Shown piece by piece: positions 1 through 13,731 of a DNA stretch of 64,000 bases. Made by a program: the position numbers and the translations under genes. The stretch is from Oikopleura dioica. Its lineage: Eukaryota; Animalia; Chordata. Location: contig OU015566.1 of assembly GCA_907165135.1 (NCBI GenBank), positions 8,866,001 through 8,930,000 on the forward strand, in the 5' to 3' direction. The first letter of the stretch is position 1; every line of letters begins with the position of its first letter. A model generated the notes under the pieces. It saw only the letters and a list, made by a program, of their open reading frames with translations. It did not search any database and was not told the origin of the DNA.

Positions 1-382
1 GCTGTTTATATAATTTGACGAGGTTGGGGTTGTTTTGAAGCACTCTCTTCCGCTCCTCAAGGTTTTTGTCGACCTTCTTCGCCAAAACTTTTCCCATGAG
101 CTTTCCAAGGTGCGTCTTGACCTTGTTTCTGGACGCTTTCGGATCATCATCGGCAAAATGAAAAGTCAACGCGCGGCCATCGGTCAATTCTAGCTGAATT
201 TGAACCTTTGACTTTCCCTCGGGAGATATTTTCTGTCTTTTGACTTTTTGAATTTCGACGAGGACGACTTCGCCTATCATATCTGGCGACCATTTCAAAT
301 GTGTCATGCTGAGTTCGATCGTCCCCGGCTGTTTCTGATGGTTAACCTGTGGCAGCGTGATTTGCACATCGCCAGCCGACAT
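1..382 (-). CDS. GTF2H1: TFIIH subunit p62, 5' part (runs off the window)
   Basis: Manual translation from ATG 382: MSAGDVQITLPQVNHQKQPGTIELSM...RQKISPEGKVKVQIQLEL...TFHF...NLEERKRVLQNNPNLVKLYKQ. This matches the p62 PH-like domain (QKISPEGKAKIQLQL) and the start of the BSD region. Confidence 0.9.
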   Translation of the reverse strand, partial: MSAGDVQITLPQVNHQKQPGTIELSMTHLKWSPDMIGEVVLVEIQKVKRQKISPEGKSKVQIQLELTDGRALTFHFADDDPKASRNKVKTHLGKLMGKVLAKKVDKNLEERKRVLQNNPNLVKLYKQ

Positions 383-519
383 TCTATATCGTAAAATACA
401 GAAGATAGATTTAAGGAATGGGTTTTATTATTTCATAAATGATATTGAAGGCTACAATTTGAAGCTACAAAAGTGAGATGTGAAATGACAGTGAAACAAG
501 TTCGTCGAGATTTTTTGCA

Positions 520-2223
520 CTAGCCCCAGTCAGAAGAGCCACCAGCCTTTTTCTCCTTGCCCGCAACTTTATCCTGCTTTGCGTAAACTCCCTTTGAGCG
601 AATTTTCGAGATGTAATCGTCTGGATCCGGCACCTCTTCTTGCGCAGGCGCCTCTTCTACTGGAGCTGGAACAGGCACTGGCATGGACAGATCTTCCATG
701 ACACGGAATGTTCCAACTTGCGGTCCTTGAAGTTGGGCAGGGGAGAGAATATCGTGTCGGTCGCAAATTGTTTTTCGCCGATCCGCAATATGGGCTTTGA
801 TTATTTCGGCGTATATTTTTCTATCCAGCAGTTCGTATGCCATCGGTAATACCTTCAATATCATCTTATGAAAATACTTCGATCCATGGGAAAAGAGCGA
901 AATCCCGAATTCAAGGCCCATTCCAAAATCGCACTCATCGTTTGCCAAATTAACGCGCTGCATAATCTCCTGTAGTGGCGCAAATTTCTTGAGGCGAACA
1001 GCATCATTTGGAGCTTTTTCAATCTGGTCGCAGATTGATCGCAACTCCGCGTCTTCGACTTCTAGCGGCCGGTAGCCAATTTCGTTCCCCTTCGCATCTT
1101 CGACGACTGGAACGCAGATGCCAACTGAAAATGATAAGAATTAATGAATGAAAAGGCCTTCTTACTTGTATTCAATGTTCTAGCGTTGCAGCGGGTCTCT
1201 CTTTCTCGCAACTCGTAGGTTACTCTTTCGATGATAATATTCCACTTGATGGCAATATCGGTAACTGTCGCGAAGCATTTACGTGTGTGAAGATTAGATG
1301 ACCCGATTCTTCGATAAAGCCAGAGCTTGACAGCAGCGAGTAAATTCGGTCCAACTGCGTAAAGTCGACCTTCATCTTGGTTGTTCATAGCGACAAAAGG
1401 CGGCAATTCCATCGGTCTTAAAATGTTGTTGAATTAGTGTCAGAAGTTCTGACTCTGAACATGTAACTACTAACTCATCTCTCCAGTAACCCAGTGATGA
1501 TTTGTCTTTCACATTCATGAGGCAGACTTGAAATTCCGGAGGAGCAAAGTAGAAGCGATTTTTCATGTGTCGATGGATCATATTCGCCGCTGGGGGACTG
1601 TAGCCTTTCGCCTGCATCATTTTGTGCCACTCTTCGAAGGGACCGGTCATGACCATACCGAGTTTTGTCATGCAATGAAGTGGATCCTAGAAATTTTTTG
1701 TCTATTTCAATTCATCTGTAGATCTTTCTTTCCGTACCATTGGATCGCATTCAACAGCAAATTCATAAAGAGCAAAAAAGCAAGCAGGGAATCGCAAGCC
1801 ATACGCGTTCTCTAACTCGGCGTGTCGGACATGGTGATATCTTCTCTTGCGCGTCGGGTCTTTCGGCCGCATCATCATATTTTTATACTCCGAGTAAGTG
1901 AGTCCGCAGTCGTCGTTGCAGCCTGGTGCTTTTCGTTTCTTTTCAATGATGGCTTTTCCTTGAAGCATAGAAACAGGCCCTTCGGAAGGGATAGATTGGT
2001 CGATGTCTGTTTCATTTGAGTGATTTCGTGGAAGCATCGTGATTTCTCCTGGCTCTGTTGATCGCACTAAGAGAAAGATTGAAGAAAAGCACAAATTATT
2101 GTTGACTCAACCTTGTCCGTTTATCAGCGGATAGATATGCGCTTTCTTCAATGTCGGCTGGAGATGTTCCATCGCCCGTTTTCTCCGTTTTTCTTGGTCT
2201 TTATTGCGCTTTTCAACGGTCAT
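520..2223 (-). CDS. HPF1: Histone PARylation factor 1 (multi-exon)
   Basis: Spliced ORFs give ...PPEFQ...LGYWRDE...GICVPV...EIGYRPL...FAPLQEIMQRVNLANDECDFGMGLEFG...PMAYELL, which is the HPF1 signature. The NDE and GYR motifs are kept. Start codon uncertain. Confidence 0.9.
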
Positions 2224-2303
2224 TTGAGGAATAAAATAAAGGTAGTCTCGGCAATATTAGAGAAAGAAACTCTCTAAATGACCGAACATAAAAGTACTGC
2301 TAA

Positions 2304-2790
2304 TTAGGCACCTAGCTTGGGATTAATTGGCTCGTCCTCTTCTTCTTCCTTTTTCTGTAGATCGAGCATTCGTTCCCTGTTCGTTCTCAAATCGAGAATC
2401 GGTTTTGCTTTGCTGCTGCCTTCTCTTTCCTCACTTCTTTTCCTCTTCGATCTTCTTGACTTTTGATCAGATTCAGAATCAGAGTCATCGTCGTTTTTCT
2501 TCCTCCTACTGTCCCGTCGCGTTCCTTCTTTCCAGTGTCTTCTTTTCTTCGCATCATCTTCAGCAAGCTTTCGAATTCGTTCCCTTTCATATTCAGGCAC
2601 ACTTTCAAGTAGCTTCTTGCATTCTGCTGCTCTTGCACCCAGTTTTTGCTAGAGAAGATTGGCATTTTTCGTCGAAAAACAGCATTTTTCTAACCTGTTT
2701 TGCCTTTTCCCACCGATTATCCCACTTTTCTTCGGACATATCCGGGTTGTGCTTTTTCGTAATGTACTCCTCATCATCTGCACTATCCAT
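2304..2790 (-). CDS. Small charged (K/R/E/D/S-rich) protein of unknown function, 2 exons
   Basis: ATG at 2790, then a 46-nt GT-AG intron (2649-2694) joins MDSADDEEY...KAKQ in frame to QKLGARAAECKKLLESVPEYERER...PKLGA*. Confidence 0.6.
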
Positions 2791-3168
2791 TTTTAAGACA
2801 AGACGGACGAAAACAGCTCTGAAGCTTGAATTCTTAGAGCAGCACTCTGAGAAATTTGCGATGACGTCATCGCGCATCGTTTTTGGACCGAACCACGCCT
2901 CGACCAATCAGAATTTCGAAAGCGTCATATTGCCCAGTCTCCGCCGCTCGTCTCTAGATTTGTTTTGCCCGTTTTTCGCGTTTTTCCCTTATTTTTCGAC
3001 CTTACGCGAAATTCGAGAAGAAATTTCGATTATCCGAGAGAATTTTTGAACACCGAGAGACTTATTTCTAGAACATGCTCCATCCCACTGTTATTTTATC
3101 ATTTTCGTGCTCAGTTGACTTTTCAACCCACCAGAAGCGGAATTCTAACGTTTTCTCAAGCTTAGATC

Positions 3169-3601
<433 letters not shown>

Positions 3602-4151
3602 ATTCTCCTTACTTCGCGGAAACAATCACGAAGATTCCCCGTTCGAACACACGCTCCCCTTTCCGATGCGAAAAAACTTTTCGTTTCCTGTCCCAACCCA
3701 ATTATTTATTAATGTCGGGTGCGGCTTACAGTCGTGCTCGGCACCCTGGCAACTAGGATCATGTCAAGTTCAAAATTAAATTCATGAAATACAACCAAAT
3801 TTGGATAATCCAAAATGTCGATTATTGATGGATTATTTTTTGTGTCTTCGTTCTTCTGCAGGCTCTTATCATCAAGCAATATTATAGCAAGAGCGAATTC
3901 TAGCTTAGATACGATTTCTCCTAAAATCTGTCAGGCCGGGCTGAAAGTTACGCAAAAACGTAAATCCACCGACCAAGTGATCACACACAAACTCGGTTCA
4001 ACGGAAGCATATCCGTGCAAATAGACAATGTGTGAGAAAGTTGTCATATCGTCACAACTTTACACAACTATCCATCTTAAATACGCTAAAACGTAAATAC
4101 GAATATTCGAGAAATACAAAAATATTCTAAAGAGCTAAAATATGAAAGAAA

Positions 4152-7100
4152 ATGGCTGAGGAAACAGAACTTCAAGGTTTGTTCAGTTGAATTTTTATTT
4201 GATAAAGTTTGAGTTAGTATTTGCAACATCTTTGCATCATTTGCCCGAAGATGAGCTCAAGGAAGAGCTCCTCAAGCTCATTACTCTCAAACATTCATCA
4301 ACATTATTGGAGAAATCGGGACGGAAACAAGGCCTTGTGAATCTGATCCAAAGCCGAGCTTGTGAAAGTGAAGATTTAGCAGTCCGAACCTTCTCGCTCT
4401 TCTCTCTTCTTTTACTGAGGAGTCCTGATTTCTTCAGCGAGCACTTTGCCCGAATCTTCAAGGCGACATCTGAGGTCTTGCTTTATTACGAAGACTCTCA
4501 ACGGGTTCAAGTCGCGGGACTGACTTTTCTTCGCGATCTTGCTGAAACAAGCCAGCTTGTTACGAATCTCCTCTTGCAAGAAGAATACGCTGAAAAGCTG
4601 CTTGATAATCTTGACGATCTTGCCATCAACGATACAGATGCAGCAGTCAACATTCTCATTCCAACTGTTGGAATTTTCCAGCAAATCGCGAAGAAATCAA
4701 CTCTCTCGAAGAGAATGGCAGTTCGTTTTGTCGCAAATCTTAGCTTGATGTTGTCGCGATACGACGATGACTTGTTGGTACATGAAACTTGCGAGGCACT
4801 AATGATTCTGCTCAATACAGCTCCTCACGCTGTACTTGAGCATTGCGAACGTCTCCACAAAAACATACTGGCACATCTTTTCCACCAGCTTGGCAAGGAA
4901 TCGCTGAGCGACAGTCTCACAACACTCAGCTTTCGTTTTCTCACGAAGCTTGCCTTTGTTAGTCCAGACATGAAGACATCTATTGGCTCTAGGTTAGAAC
5001 ACCATGTGATTAATTGACGCACAGTTCGCACTTTAGTGATATAATTGCCGTTTTGGACGGTAAAATACGGACGATGGACGCTTGCGCTGTCGATTTGCGT
5101 GTAAACATGCTGAATTTGCTTGCTGAACTAACGGAAAAATCACAGGAAAATATTCTTCTAGGTAAACACTAGCAATTTAGATGGACTCTTTCGGTAATCA
5201 TTACTAATGATTCTTTAGTACTCACAACGTCGACCGCCTGGCACGAATTTGTCTATGAAACACTCATGGATTTTGACGAAATTGAGCTCCACTATCTCGC
5301 CATAAAACTCCTCTCAAATCTGACAACATGCTCTCATGATGCCATCTCCAGATCCTTTGTAATGATCTGCGCAGTTAGAAATGAGATTTGCTACTCGTTG
5401 CTCAGCTCTCTACGCCGCTGGTCGAAAATTTATCCATCAGAAGATCCAGTCAAAGCAGATCTGGTGCCGAAAATCATGCAAAAAGGTCTTGCAGCGTTTT
5501 CGAAAGTTCTTTCGCAAGTAGCCATTCTTGAAGACATGAGGGATGAGCTTTTCAATTATGAAAAACGATTTGAATTTTTCTTCTTTCGATTGCTTGAGCT
5601 ACTAATTAAAGCGACCTGTCCAGAGTATGAGAATGATGTCTGTCCATTGGCAATTCTGCAAAGTATTCGAGGACTTTTAATGCTCCTAACACGCTCAGGG
5701 CATGATACCAAACCCTTGCTGAAATTCCTCAAATCAATTTCGCAACCTGATGCAACAGTTGCGACTGAGACTTTTGCAAGGTCGTCGGCGAGGGATATTC
5801 ATAGAATGGTGGGGAATGGAAGTCTAGCATACGGCGTTCTCGAGCATCTCTTCAAGGAGTTTTATCGTGACGATTCCAGAGAAGCCTTGCTCTTGGAAAC
5901 ACTTCACGCACTGGAATTGATCATGCAAGGTTTTCCGATTTTCATTTGGAGCTCAAATATGCCAAAATTTATCACGCAGCTTCAATCAATTCTCGAAAGT
6001 CAATGGGAAAAGACTGAAGATATGGAGAGTGCTTGCTTCAATCTTTTAAGAATCTCGCTTCTCAGAGAAAAGGTTTTCCTCCATGATCTCAAGTTAGAGG
6101 CGATCAACACTGACAATGCTGGCATGATGTCACTTTGTATGTACGCACTTGATCAAGTGAAACGATCATCATGCCCAAAATGGAATGAAGCTCAGCGAGC
6201 ATTCACAGGGATGCTGAAAACAAGATCCCAAAATACAGAATTAGCCGATATTTGGGTTGATTCTCAGCAAGATGGAGTCTTCTTGTCAGAGGACATGATT
6301 TTGAAACTGGCGTGCCGTAAAGCATCTTACAAAGTTGTTGAAGTTCTGTTAGCTCGAGATTGGAGCCAAGGTCTTGTGAAGGAACTCATATCCGACCGAA
6401 AAGTCGTAGATGACATCAAATCACTCCTCCTCATTTACCTTTCCGACAATTCTGGCGTAACAGACAAACTTGACTGGTCTAGCCTTCAGCTCAACGACGT
6501 CACACAACAATATCTTGCTCTGTTTGCAAGAAGCCAAGGCTCCTCTGAAAAGAAGCAGCCTGAAATCAAGCTTAACTTTGTCAATTTCTTGGACAAATAT
6601 TTTGGTAAGAAAGTGCAAAAATTCTTCCTCAGCGAAATCGATGGACTTGATCCATGGGCAGACGAAGATCAGAAAAGCAACAAATCTGGAACAAAGCCTC
6701 ATGTTACGTTCAAATTACCGCCGAAGCGACCAGCCGAAGTCAATCTTTCCAATAATAGAATTGACACCCTGGATGTGCCTGAGGAACAGAGTGAAAATTA
6801 TAAACAGCTTCTTGAAAATGCCAAGCGTCTCGTTGTCTCCAACAACCGTCTCCGCGCTATTCCATCAGATTTCATTGTGCTAGGGACGACTCTCAATGAA
6901 CTCAACCTTGATCGAAATTTCTTCTCGTCCATTGAGTTAACCTTTCTGAACCAGCTGCCTAACTTGAAATCATTATCAATCAAGTCAACTCAGATTCCAA
7001 TGACCGTTGACCATCTTACCATTTCCTGCGACTCTCTCGACTCTCACAATCTTGAGCATCTTGATTTATCAGAAAATCCTTTACAAGGTTTTCCAACTGA

Positions 7101-10100
7101 ACTTATTCGGAAACTGCCAGGAATACGCGTACTCGAGCTGAGAAAATGTGGAATCAAAGAAATACCAGAAGTCCGCCTTGGGCAATCATTTGGGCTCAAA
7201 GATCTACGAACTTTAAATCTCGATCACAACTCCATTGAATACTTCGGCTACACCCATTATCAGATGTTTCCAAGTGTTCAGATACTGAAGCTTTCAGAAA
7301 ACAGATTGAAATACCTCTCTCTATCAGACGAAGACGAAGAACGATATCAAGATTCGCTCACTCTTGAAGGTCTCGATGAAGACGCATTCGAACCCATGAG
7401 CGAATCAAGAGTTATGGAAACCAGCAGAATGTCCGACTTTCCCGATCCGGAAATAACACAATTGCATTTAGCAAAGAACAATTTCGAAGAACTTCCATTG
7501 GCTGCTTTTCAATTACCGAAATTATCATTCTTAGATCTTTCTGGCAATCAAATTTTAAAGATCGATTTCAACGACCATGACAAGCGTGTTTCACTTTGGT
7601 CAGAACTACGAACGTTAAATTTGGCAAACAACGAGATTCGAGAAATTCCAAAGGATCTTGGAGAGCTTGAAGAACTAATGCAGTTTAATTTGTCACATAA
7701 TTTCGCCACAAAGCTACCAAATGAGCTTGGAAAGCTGAAGAATCTCTTTACATTTAAAGTTGATGGAATGCGTCTCGAAATACCAAAAGCTCTGGTCCCT
7801 ATCGATGGCAGAAATCCAAAGCCAATGCTAGAGTTTCTAAATCATCGACTTATCAAGCAAGTTGAGTACCGATGTATGAGAGTCTTTGTTGTCGGCGGAC
7901 CTGGTTCTGGAAAGTCTTCTTTGATTGATCTCTTCAGCATGAATGGAACTTGTAGGATCGCAGAAGGGCTGGAAGTATGTCAGACAACCCTTGATATTGG
8001 AGGAGGCAATCAATGTGCAGTTCACTTTTGGAAACTAGATCATTACAACAACACGAGTCCTTATTTCTTCCAGGAAAGAGCCTGTTACGTCCTTGTTGTC
8101 AATCTCGAACGAAGAATCGACTTGGAAATAAACCATTTGAAAAACTGGGTAGCAAATATCAAAGCAAGAGCGCCAAAGTCTCCACTTGTTATCATCGGAA
8201 CACACGCGGACAAACTGCCGAACGACTCTGAAGCGTCGACTATGTGGGTGGCAAGGATTGAAAAAGAAATTAAGAAGCTGAGATTTAATAATTTGAAAGA
8301 CTTGTGTTTCATAAAAGCAACTGACAATAACAATGAAACGACACTCAGAAATATTCTTCAGAATTGCTTGACAACTTTTCAGCTAGGCGGACGAGTTGTC
8401 ATCAATCAAAAGGTCCCAGAAACTTATCTGCAGCTAGAACGACATTTGACTAGACTTGCTGGAAGATCGAAAACATCTCAAGACATCAAATTACGGGAAA
8501 AGAATACGAGAGCGTATAACATGCTTGCTGATTGCCCGATGGCTTGGAATACGCCAGAACATCACCAGTCAAATGAATCGCTCTATGAAGGGCCCGCTCT
8601 ACCTGTTTTGTCAACGAATGAAATTCTGAAAAGTGCACAAGCCGCTGGAATCAAACTTGATATTGAGCAACTTAGAACTGCGCTAGAATTTCTTGTATCT
8701 TCGGGAAGTATCTTATATTTTGCCGATGCTCAAAGCATGAGCGGCAAACATCAAGATTCACTACAGGACTTATATTTTATTGAGCCAGCGTGGGTTTGCC
8801 GAGTAGTCGCAACAACAAATTGTCGAATGTTCAGAGAGTTTTGGACGAGAACTCCGGATACTGCACTAAACGATCGCTAATTGACTTTCTTCTCGTCCCT
8901 CAGAATATACCCGAAGACTTTTATGGTAAAATAATTCGAATGATGGAACTTATCGGAGTGATAATCAACAGCAAAACTGATGAATATCTGGTACCCAGCT
9001 CGTTGCCAAGGGGAAAATGGAAGACACCAACTGATATGTTAGAAGATATGACTACTCGCTTATATGCATTCACGACGATGCCAGTTGATTTTTGGTCTCG
9101 AGTCATTTCTCGATTCCTGCACCTCTACCGCTCGGAAACATCCTGGAACTCAAAATTTTGGACCGATATCGACCTTGATGTTCGCAAAGATGCTCTCAAA
9201 ATAAATTGCAATAATGGAACTAAAATTATCATCCAGCTTCGAGATGCCGAGTTCATGAGCTCTTTTTTTGACAATTCACACAAAGGAAACTTCTCGTGGT
9301 GTGGCGGAACATGTCAAGATCATAAGATCTTCGAAGAGAATGTCCAGACTTGGCTTCAAATTTCGGTCTCAAAGTCTGATAAAGGTCAGTTTTATATGGC
9401 GGAATGTGTCGACGTTATCGACGGGATCATTGCTGAATGGTATCCTGGCCTCTTGGACAATTTCGTTCCTCTGTATTATGTTTTCTGCGTTTATGTCAAA
9501 CAGGAAACAAAGGTTATTCTGCCCATGCCTTTCTTGCTCAAGGCTTGCGGGTACTCTCAAGCTCTTGTCAACTGCACCAGCACAGTCAATTTCCCCGAAA
9601 ACAACAAATTCCTGTGCCCAATTGATGAAAGAGCGATGGATGTTTCTGAACTTCTTCCGGAAGTTTTTCTCGAAGACTTTACCATTGTCAATCCGGAGCT
9701 AAGAACCAAACCAGAAGATTTCACAAGGAAAGAAGTACTCGGCGTTGGAGGATTCGCGACAGTCTACAAAGGAGAATTGTCGAGAGGACCAGTGAGATTG
9801 GACGTTGCTCTGAAAGTTTTTGCAACTGGAGGAAGTGAAATGACTGCGTATCCTTACCAAAACTTACGAAAAGAACTCAAAGTTTTGACATCACTTGTGG
9901 AACCAAGATGCAATCAAATTTTGTCTATTCTTGGCTTTTCAGTGAAACCAGAACCAACATTAATTATCGAGCTTGCTCCCCATGGAAGTCTTGAGACCCT
10001 AATCGAGTCAAAGCAATCCAGAAGAGCGATATCAACCGACGTCTTGACTCATCGGTTCAAACACAAGGTAGCTCTAGAAGTTGCACAGGCATTGTCTTAC

Positions 10101-12398
10101 TTGCATGAAAATGGAATCGTTTACCGAGATCTCAAACTTGGAAATGTTCTTGTCTTTTCATTTGATCACATGAGCAAAAGCTGCGCAAAGCTTGCTGATT
10201 ATGGTATCGCAGAGCATTTGACACCACTAGGAACGACTGGTTTCTCCGGAACTGCGGGATACTCTGCACCCGAAGTCGTGAAGATCAGATTAAATAAAAC
10301 CGTCTCAAGGTCTTCAGCGTATGCTCACAAAGTTGATGTTTTCAGTTTCGGTTTGTTACTCCACGAGCTTATTACTGAGACTTTCCCCTGGTTTGAGCAC
10401 AATCAAAAGACTAGGACGAATTCAGAGCCGGATAAACTAGTTTATCTTGGATTGAGACCTGAAGCATTCTGCGAGAGCTGTCTGCCTGCATGGCCAATTA
10501 TGGAGACAATTATTGATCACTGTACAAAATTCCGACCTTCAGAACGACCAAATATGAAAACACTTGTCACTCTTCTTGAAAAACAGATTTCTTGGGCTTT
10601 CAGACTTTCGCTAAAACTTGAAAAATCGAAAGATAATGCTCCATTGAAAGATCTGACTTGTTTCAGCATCTCAAATAAGTCTTCTGCTAAATCGAAATCA
10701 ACAGAAAGGAGACGGCGACCGAGATATTCAAGCTGTGACAACTTTTTGGACTCAGTTTCTTCTGATGAAGGAAGAGTGACATCCCATTACAGTACCTCTG
10801 AGGGTAGGCGAAATGATGTGAAATTTACTACGTCCCCAACAACATTGATTCGAAAGAAACATATTGAGCGAACAGTAGAACAAAATCGACTCGATTGGCA
10901 GCTTTGGACTCTTCGGCCAAAGGAATCTAAGGCTGGATTTGAAACTAAAACAACAAAAATAGATAATAATAACATCTAAAAATCCTTCATAAGAAAAGCT
11001 CTTCAGTTCGAAATTCAGGAGATGCCCCACCAAAACCAAGCACGCCTCTTCGTTCCTTGGTTAGAAGAGCATCTATCAGCATCAAAAGCAAGTTTGTGAG
11101 AGAAGAGCATCATAGAATCGACGGTATCGAGTTTGACTTGGAAAAAGTGAGAAAGCACCTTGATCGAGGAGTAGAGCGCTCACATCCCTTTTGTGTGCAA
11201 GGACTGGATGTTTCGGCTAAAACGGCAAATCAGACATTTACGCTTACGGGTGGTTATTATTCAACGGAAGATTCAAAAGTCGGATGCATCGATGTTTACG
11301 ACGGAAAATCATGGTCGATTTGCAGGCCAGGCTTGAAATTTTACAGTTGAATATATAAGAATTCAGAATTATATAATAGAATCTATAGAAAACTGACATT
11401 CGAAACTTTCGAATCGAAAGCCTCTCAAAGATCTTTTGATCTTTTCCCAGACAATATCGTTAAGATTCTTCATATTCCCTACACGCGTAAAACGTCTGTT
11501 GGGCTCACAAAACGAGCTAAATTCCCTCAAAAGCCAAGTGAAACTGCAGTCAAGGAAAGAATGTACGTTGGATTGGATGACGGAAAAATTATGTTCACTA
11601 ATGTCGATTCAATTATCAGCTCGATTTCCTCTTCTGATTCGAATACAAAGAAGTGGCGGGAGACAATGAAATGGAGCCCAGTGAGGATTGACTGGGACAC
11701 TCAAAGTGGACCGATCGACCAACTCGCTGTCGAAAATATTCAAAACAAGCACACCCAGGTTTTTGCTCTTCGCGGTGGAACTGTTGCAATGACCCTCGAT
11801 GATCTGACAGTAATGATGAATAAGGATCACCATGCACTTTTCTTTGCTCTCGGTCATGCGGTTTACATCGTCTCCAAAAATAAAAAGGGGATTTATGTTC
11901 ACGACAGAACAACTGGCAATTTCGTTCGGAAAATGGACAACACTGTAATTGACAGAGTTGGTAGAAGCTCAACAAGGTATGATGGAAACTGAAAAAAATA
12001 AAGCATTTGTAGGCGCTTCACGTCTGGCTCGAGTATAGAAATAACGAGCGTCCTCTGTGTCCCGGAAACAAATTGTTTATGGATCGGAACATCTGATGGA
12101 GAAATCAAAATCATTCCAGACAAGCTTCATCTTTCCGCTCAAGAAATCTGCGGAGTGCGAATCAAGCAGTTCAATTCTAACGTAACCAATTTGAAAAGAT
12201 TTAAACCAAAAGTTCCGAGCTTGAAACCGCTGTTCTGGCAGTTGGTCAGGGTAAAATTCCGGCGATGGATCAGCTTTACGACGCGAGTTTCAGGTTAGCT
12301 GATTAAACTCTTTAGGTGATATAAACAGTAACTTCAGTGGAAACTCAGCAGATAAAAGCCAGTATGCAATTCTTTTGGATGCCGAAATTTCTCCATAA
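4152..12398 (+). CDS. LRRK-family ROCO kinase (ARM-LRR-ROC-COR-kinase-WD40-like), LRRK2-like architecture
   Basis: N-terminal helical repeats, LRRs (LxxLxLxxN), P-loop GGPGSGKSS, G4 motif IGTHAD, COR motif LYFIEPAWVC, kinase motifs GVGGFATV / YRDLK / DYG / APE. There is a frame break near 8803-8834 (see findings). LRRK1 versus LRRK2 orthology is not resolved. Confidence 0.9.
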
Positions 12399-12490
12399 AA
12401 GTCTTAAAATTCTCCATCATTTACTACTCTTAAAATCAAATAAAGACTCTCTTTACCTTCTTTATAATGGAGAAAATTGCTTCCTCCTTC

Positions 12491-12609
12491 GCTTAGCGTC
12501 ATACCGCGTAGAATGAACCAGTTCTCGTCCGATCACTGAAGTTAAACTACGACGGGCGGGGTTAGTACTTACATGGGTGACCGGTTGGGAATACCTCGTG
12601 CGCTAAGCG
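12491..12609 (+). rRNA. 5S rRNA
   Basis: 119 nt, GCTTAGCGTCATACC...CTCGTCCGATCACTGAAGTTAA...TTAGTACTT...TGGGAATAC...CGCTAAGC, with complementary ends and a following T4 Pol III terminator. Confidence 0.95.
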
Positions 12610-12840
12610 TTTTGTGTTTTTGAAGTATTTTTATGATGAGAAATCAAATCTATCGTTCGAAAGAATAAAATTCTTATAAGAGGAAAAATAAATGGAGATG
12701 ATAGCTTGGTGTGATGGTCTACTGGCGGGGCGGCGTGTCCATGTCAAAAGCGCCCTCTACCGCGCGCTTTTCTGAAACGAGGCCGAAAATAGGAGCGTGC
12801 AGCGACAAAACGACCTCGAAATCAAGCACCCCTTCTCTTT

Positions 12841-12935
12841 ACTCATCCCATTTTTGAGTCCGATTTCGATTGTCTAACAGGTAAGAATCGCCTCCATGCC
12901 TTCTCTCTCCTATCCCTCTCGCCTCTCACAAGCAG
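12841..12935 (+). ncRNA. Spliced-leader (SL) RNA gene; exon 12841-12880 followed by GTAAG donor
   Basis: ACTCATCCCATTTTTGAGTCCGATTTCGATTGTCTAACAG is the 40-nt Oikopleura SL as I recall it. It lies downstream of 5S in the same orientation. The 3' end is approximate. Confidence 0.93.
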
Positions 12936-13284
12936 AAACGTCAACGAAAAGGCTCCAGAATTGAAGCTTGCGTCAACGGTTTCTTAATCTTGGAACTTTA
13001 GACGCACACGTAACATCGGTCTTTCGACGAGTTCATCAGTCTGGCAAAATCTCACTGTAACCAAATCAACTTAAAATTATGAGTTTTCTCTGAGTTCAAG
13101 ATTATTTTAAAAAGAAGTGATTCCAGGACCGCCACATCCTTTACCCGCTTTATGCCTCCACACATAACTTCTAACTGAACGTGGTCACGTACGCCTTCAG
13201 GCAGACATAAACGCGACTAAAGCTTCCAAGTTCGGAGTGAGTACACGTGAAAGACTGTGAACCTCTAGAGAGTGTGTCATTTTC

Positions 13285-13379
13285 TGTGTTGTAAGAGGCG
13301 GGAGGGATAGGAGAGAGAAGGCATGGAGGCGATTCTTACCTGTTAGACAATCGAAATCGGACTCAAAAATGGGATGAGT
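13285..13379 (-). ncRNA. SL RNA gene, second copy (exon 13340-13379)
   Basis: Reverse complement of the same 40-nt exon plus GTAAG. The 3' part of the SL intron differs at a few positions. Confidence 0.93.
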
Positions 13380-13612
13380 AAAGAGAAGGGGTGCTTGATT
13401 TCGAGGTCGTTTTGTCGCTGCACGCTCCTATTTTCGGCCTCGTTTCAGAAAAGCGCGCGGTAGAGGGCGCTTTTTGACATGGACACGCCGCCCCGCCAGT
13501 AGACCATCACACCAAGCTATCATCTCCATTTATTTTTCCTCTTATAAGAATTTTAGTCTTTCGAACGATAGATTTGATTTCTCATCATAAAAAATACTTC
13601 AAAAACACAAAA

Positions 13613-13731
13613 CGCTTAGCGCACGAGGTATTCCCAACCGGTCACCCATGTAAGTACTAACCCCGCCCGTCGTAGTTTAACTTCAGTGATCGGACGAGAA
13701 CTGGTTCATTCTACGCGGTATGACGCTAAGC
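13613..13731 (-). rRNA. 5S rRNA, second copy
   Basis: Reverse complement of 12491-12609. Confidence 0.95.

Noticed and set aside
2327-3049. 240-aa plus-strand ORF, and similar shadow ORFs such as 3075-3569, 14191-14715 and 52424-52849
   Set aside because: Antisense or off-frame shadows of real genes.
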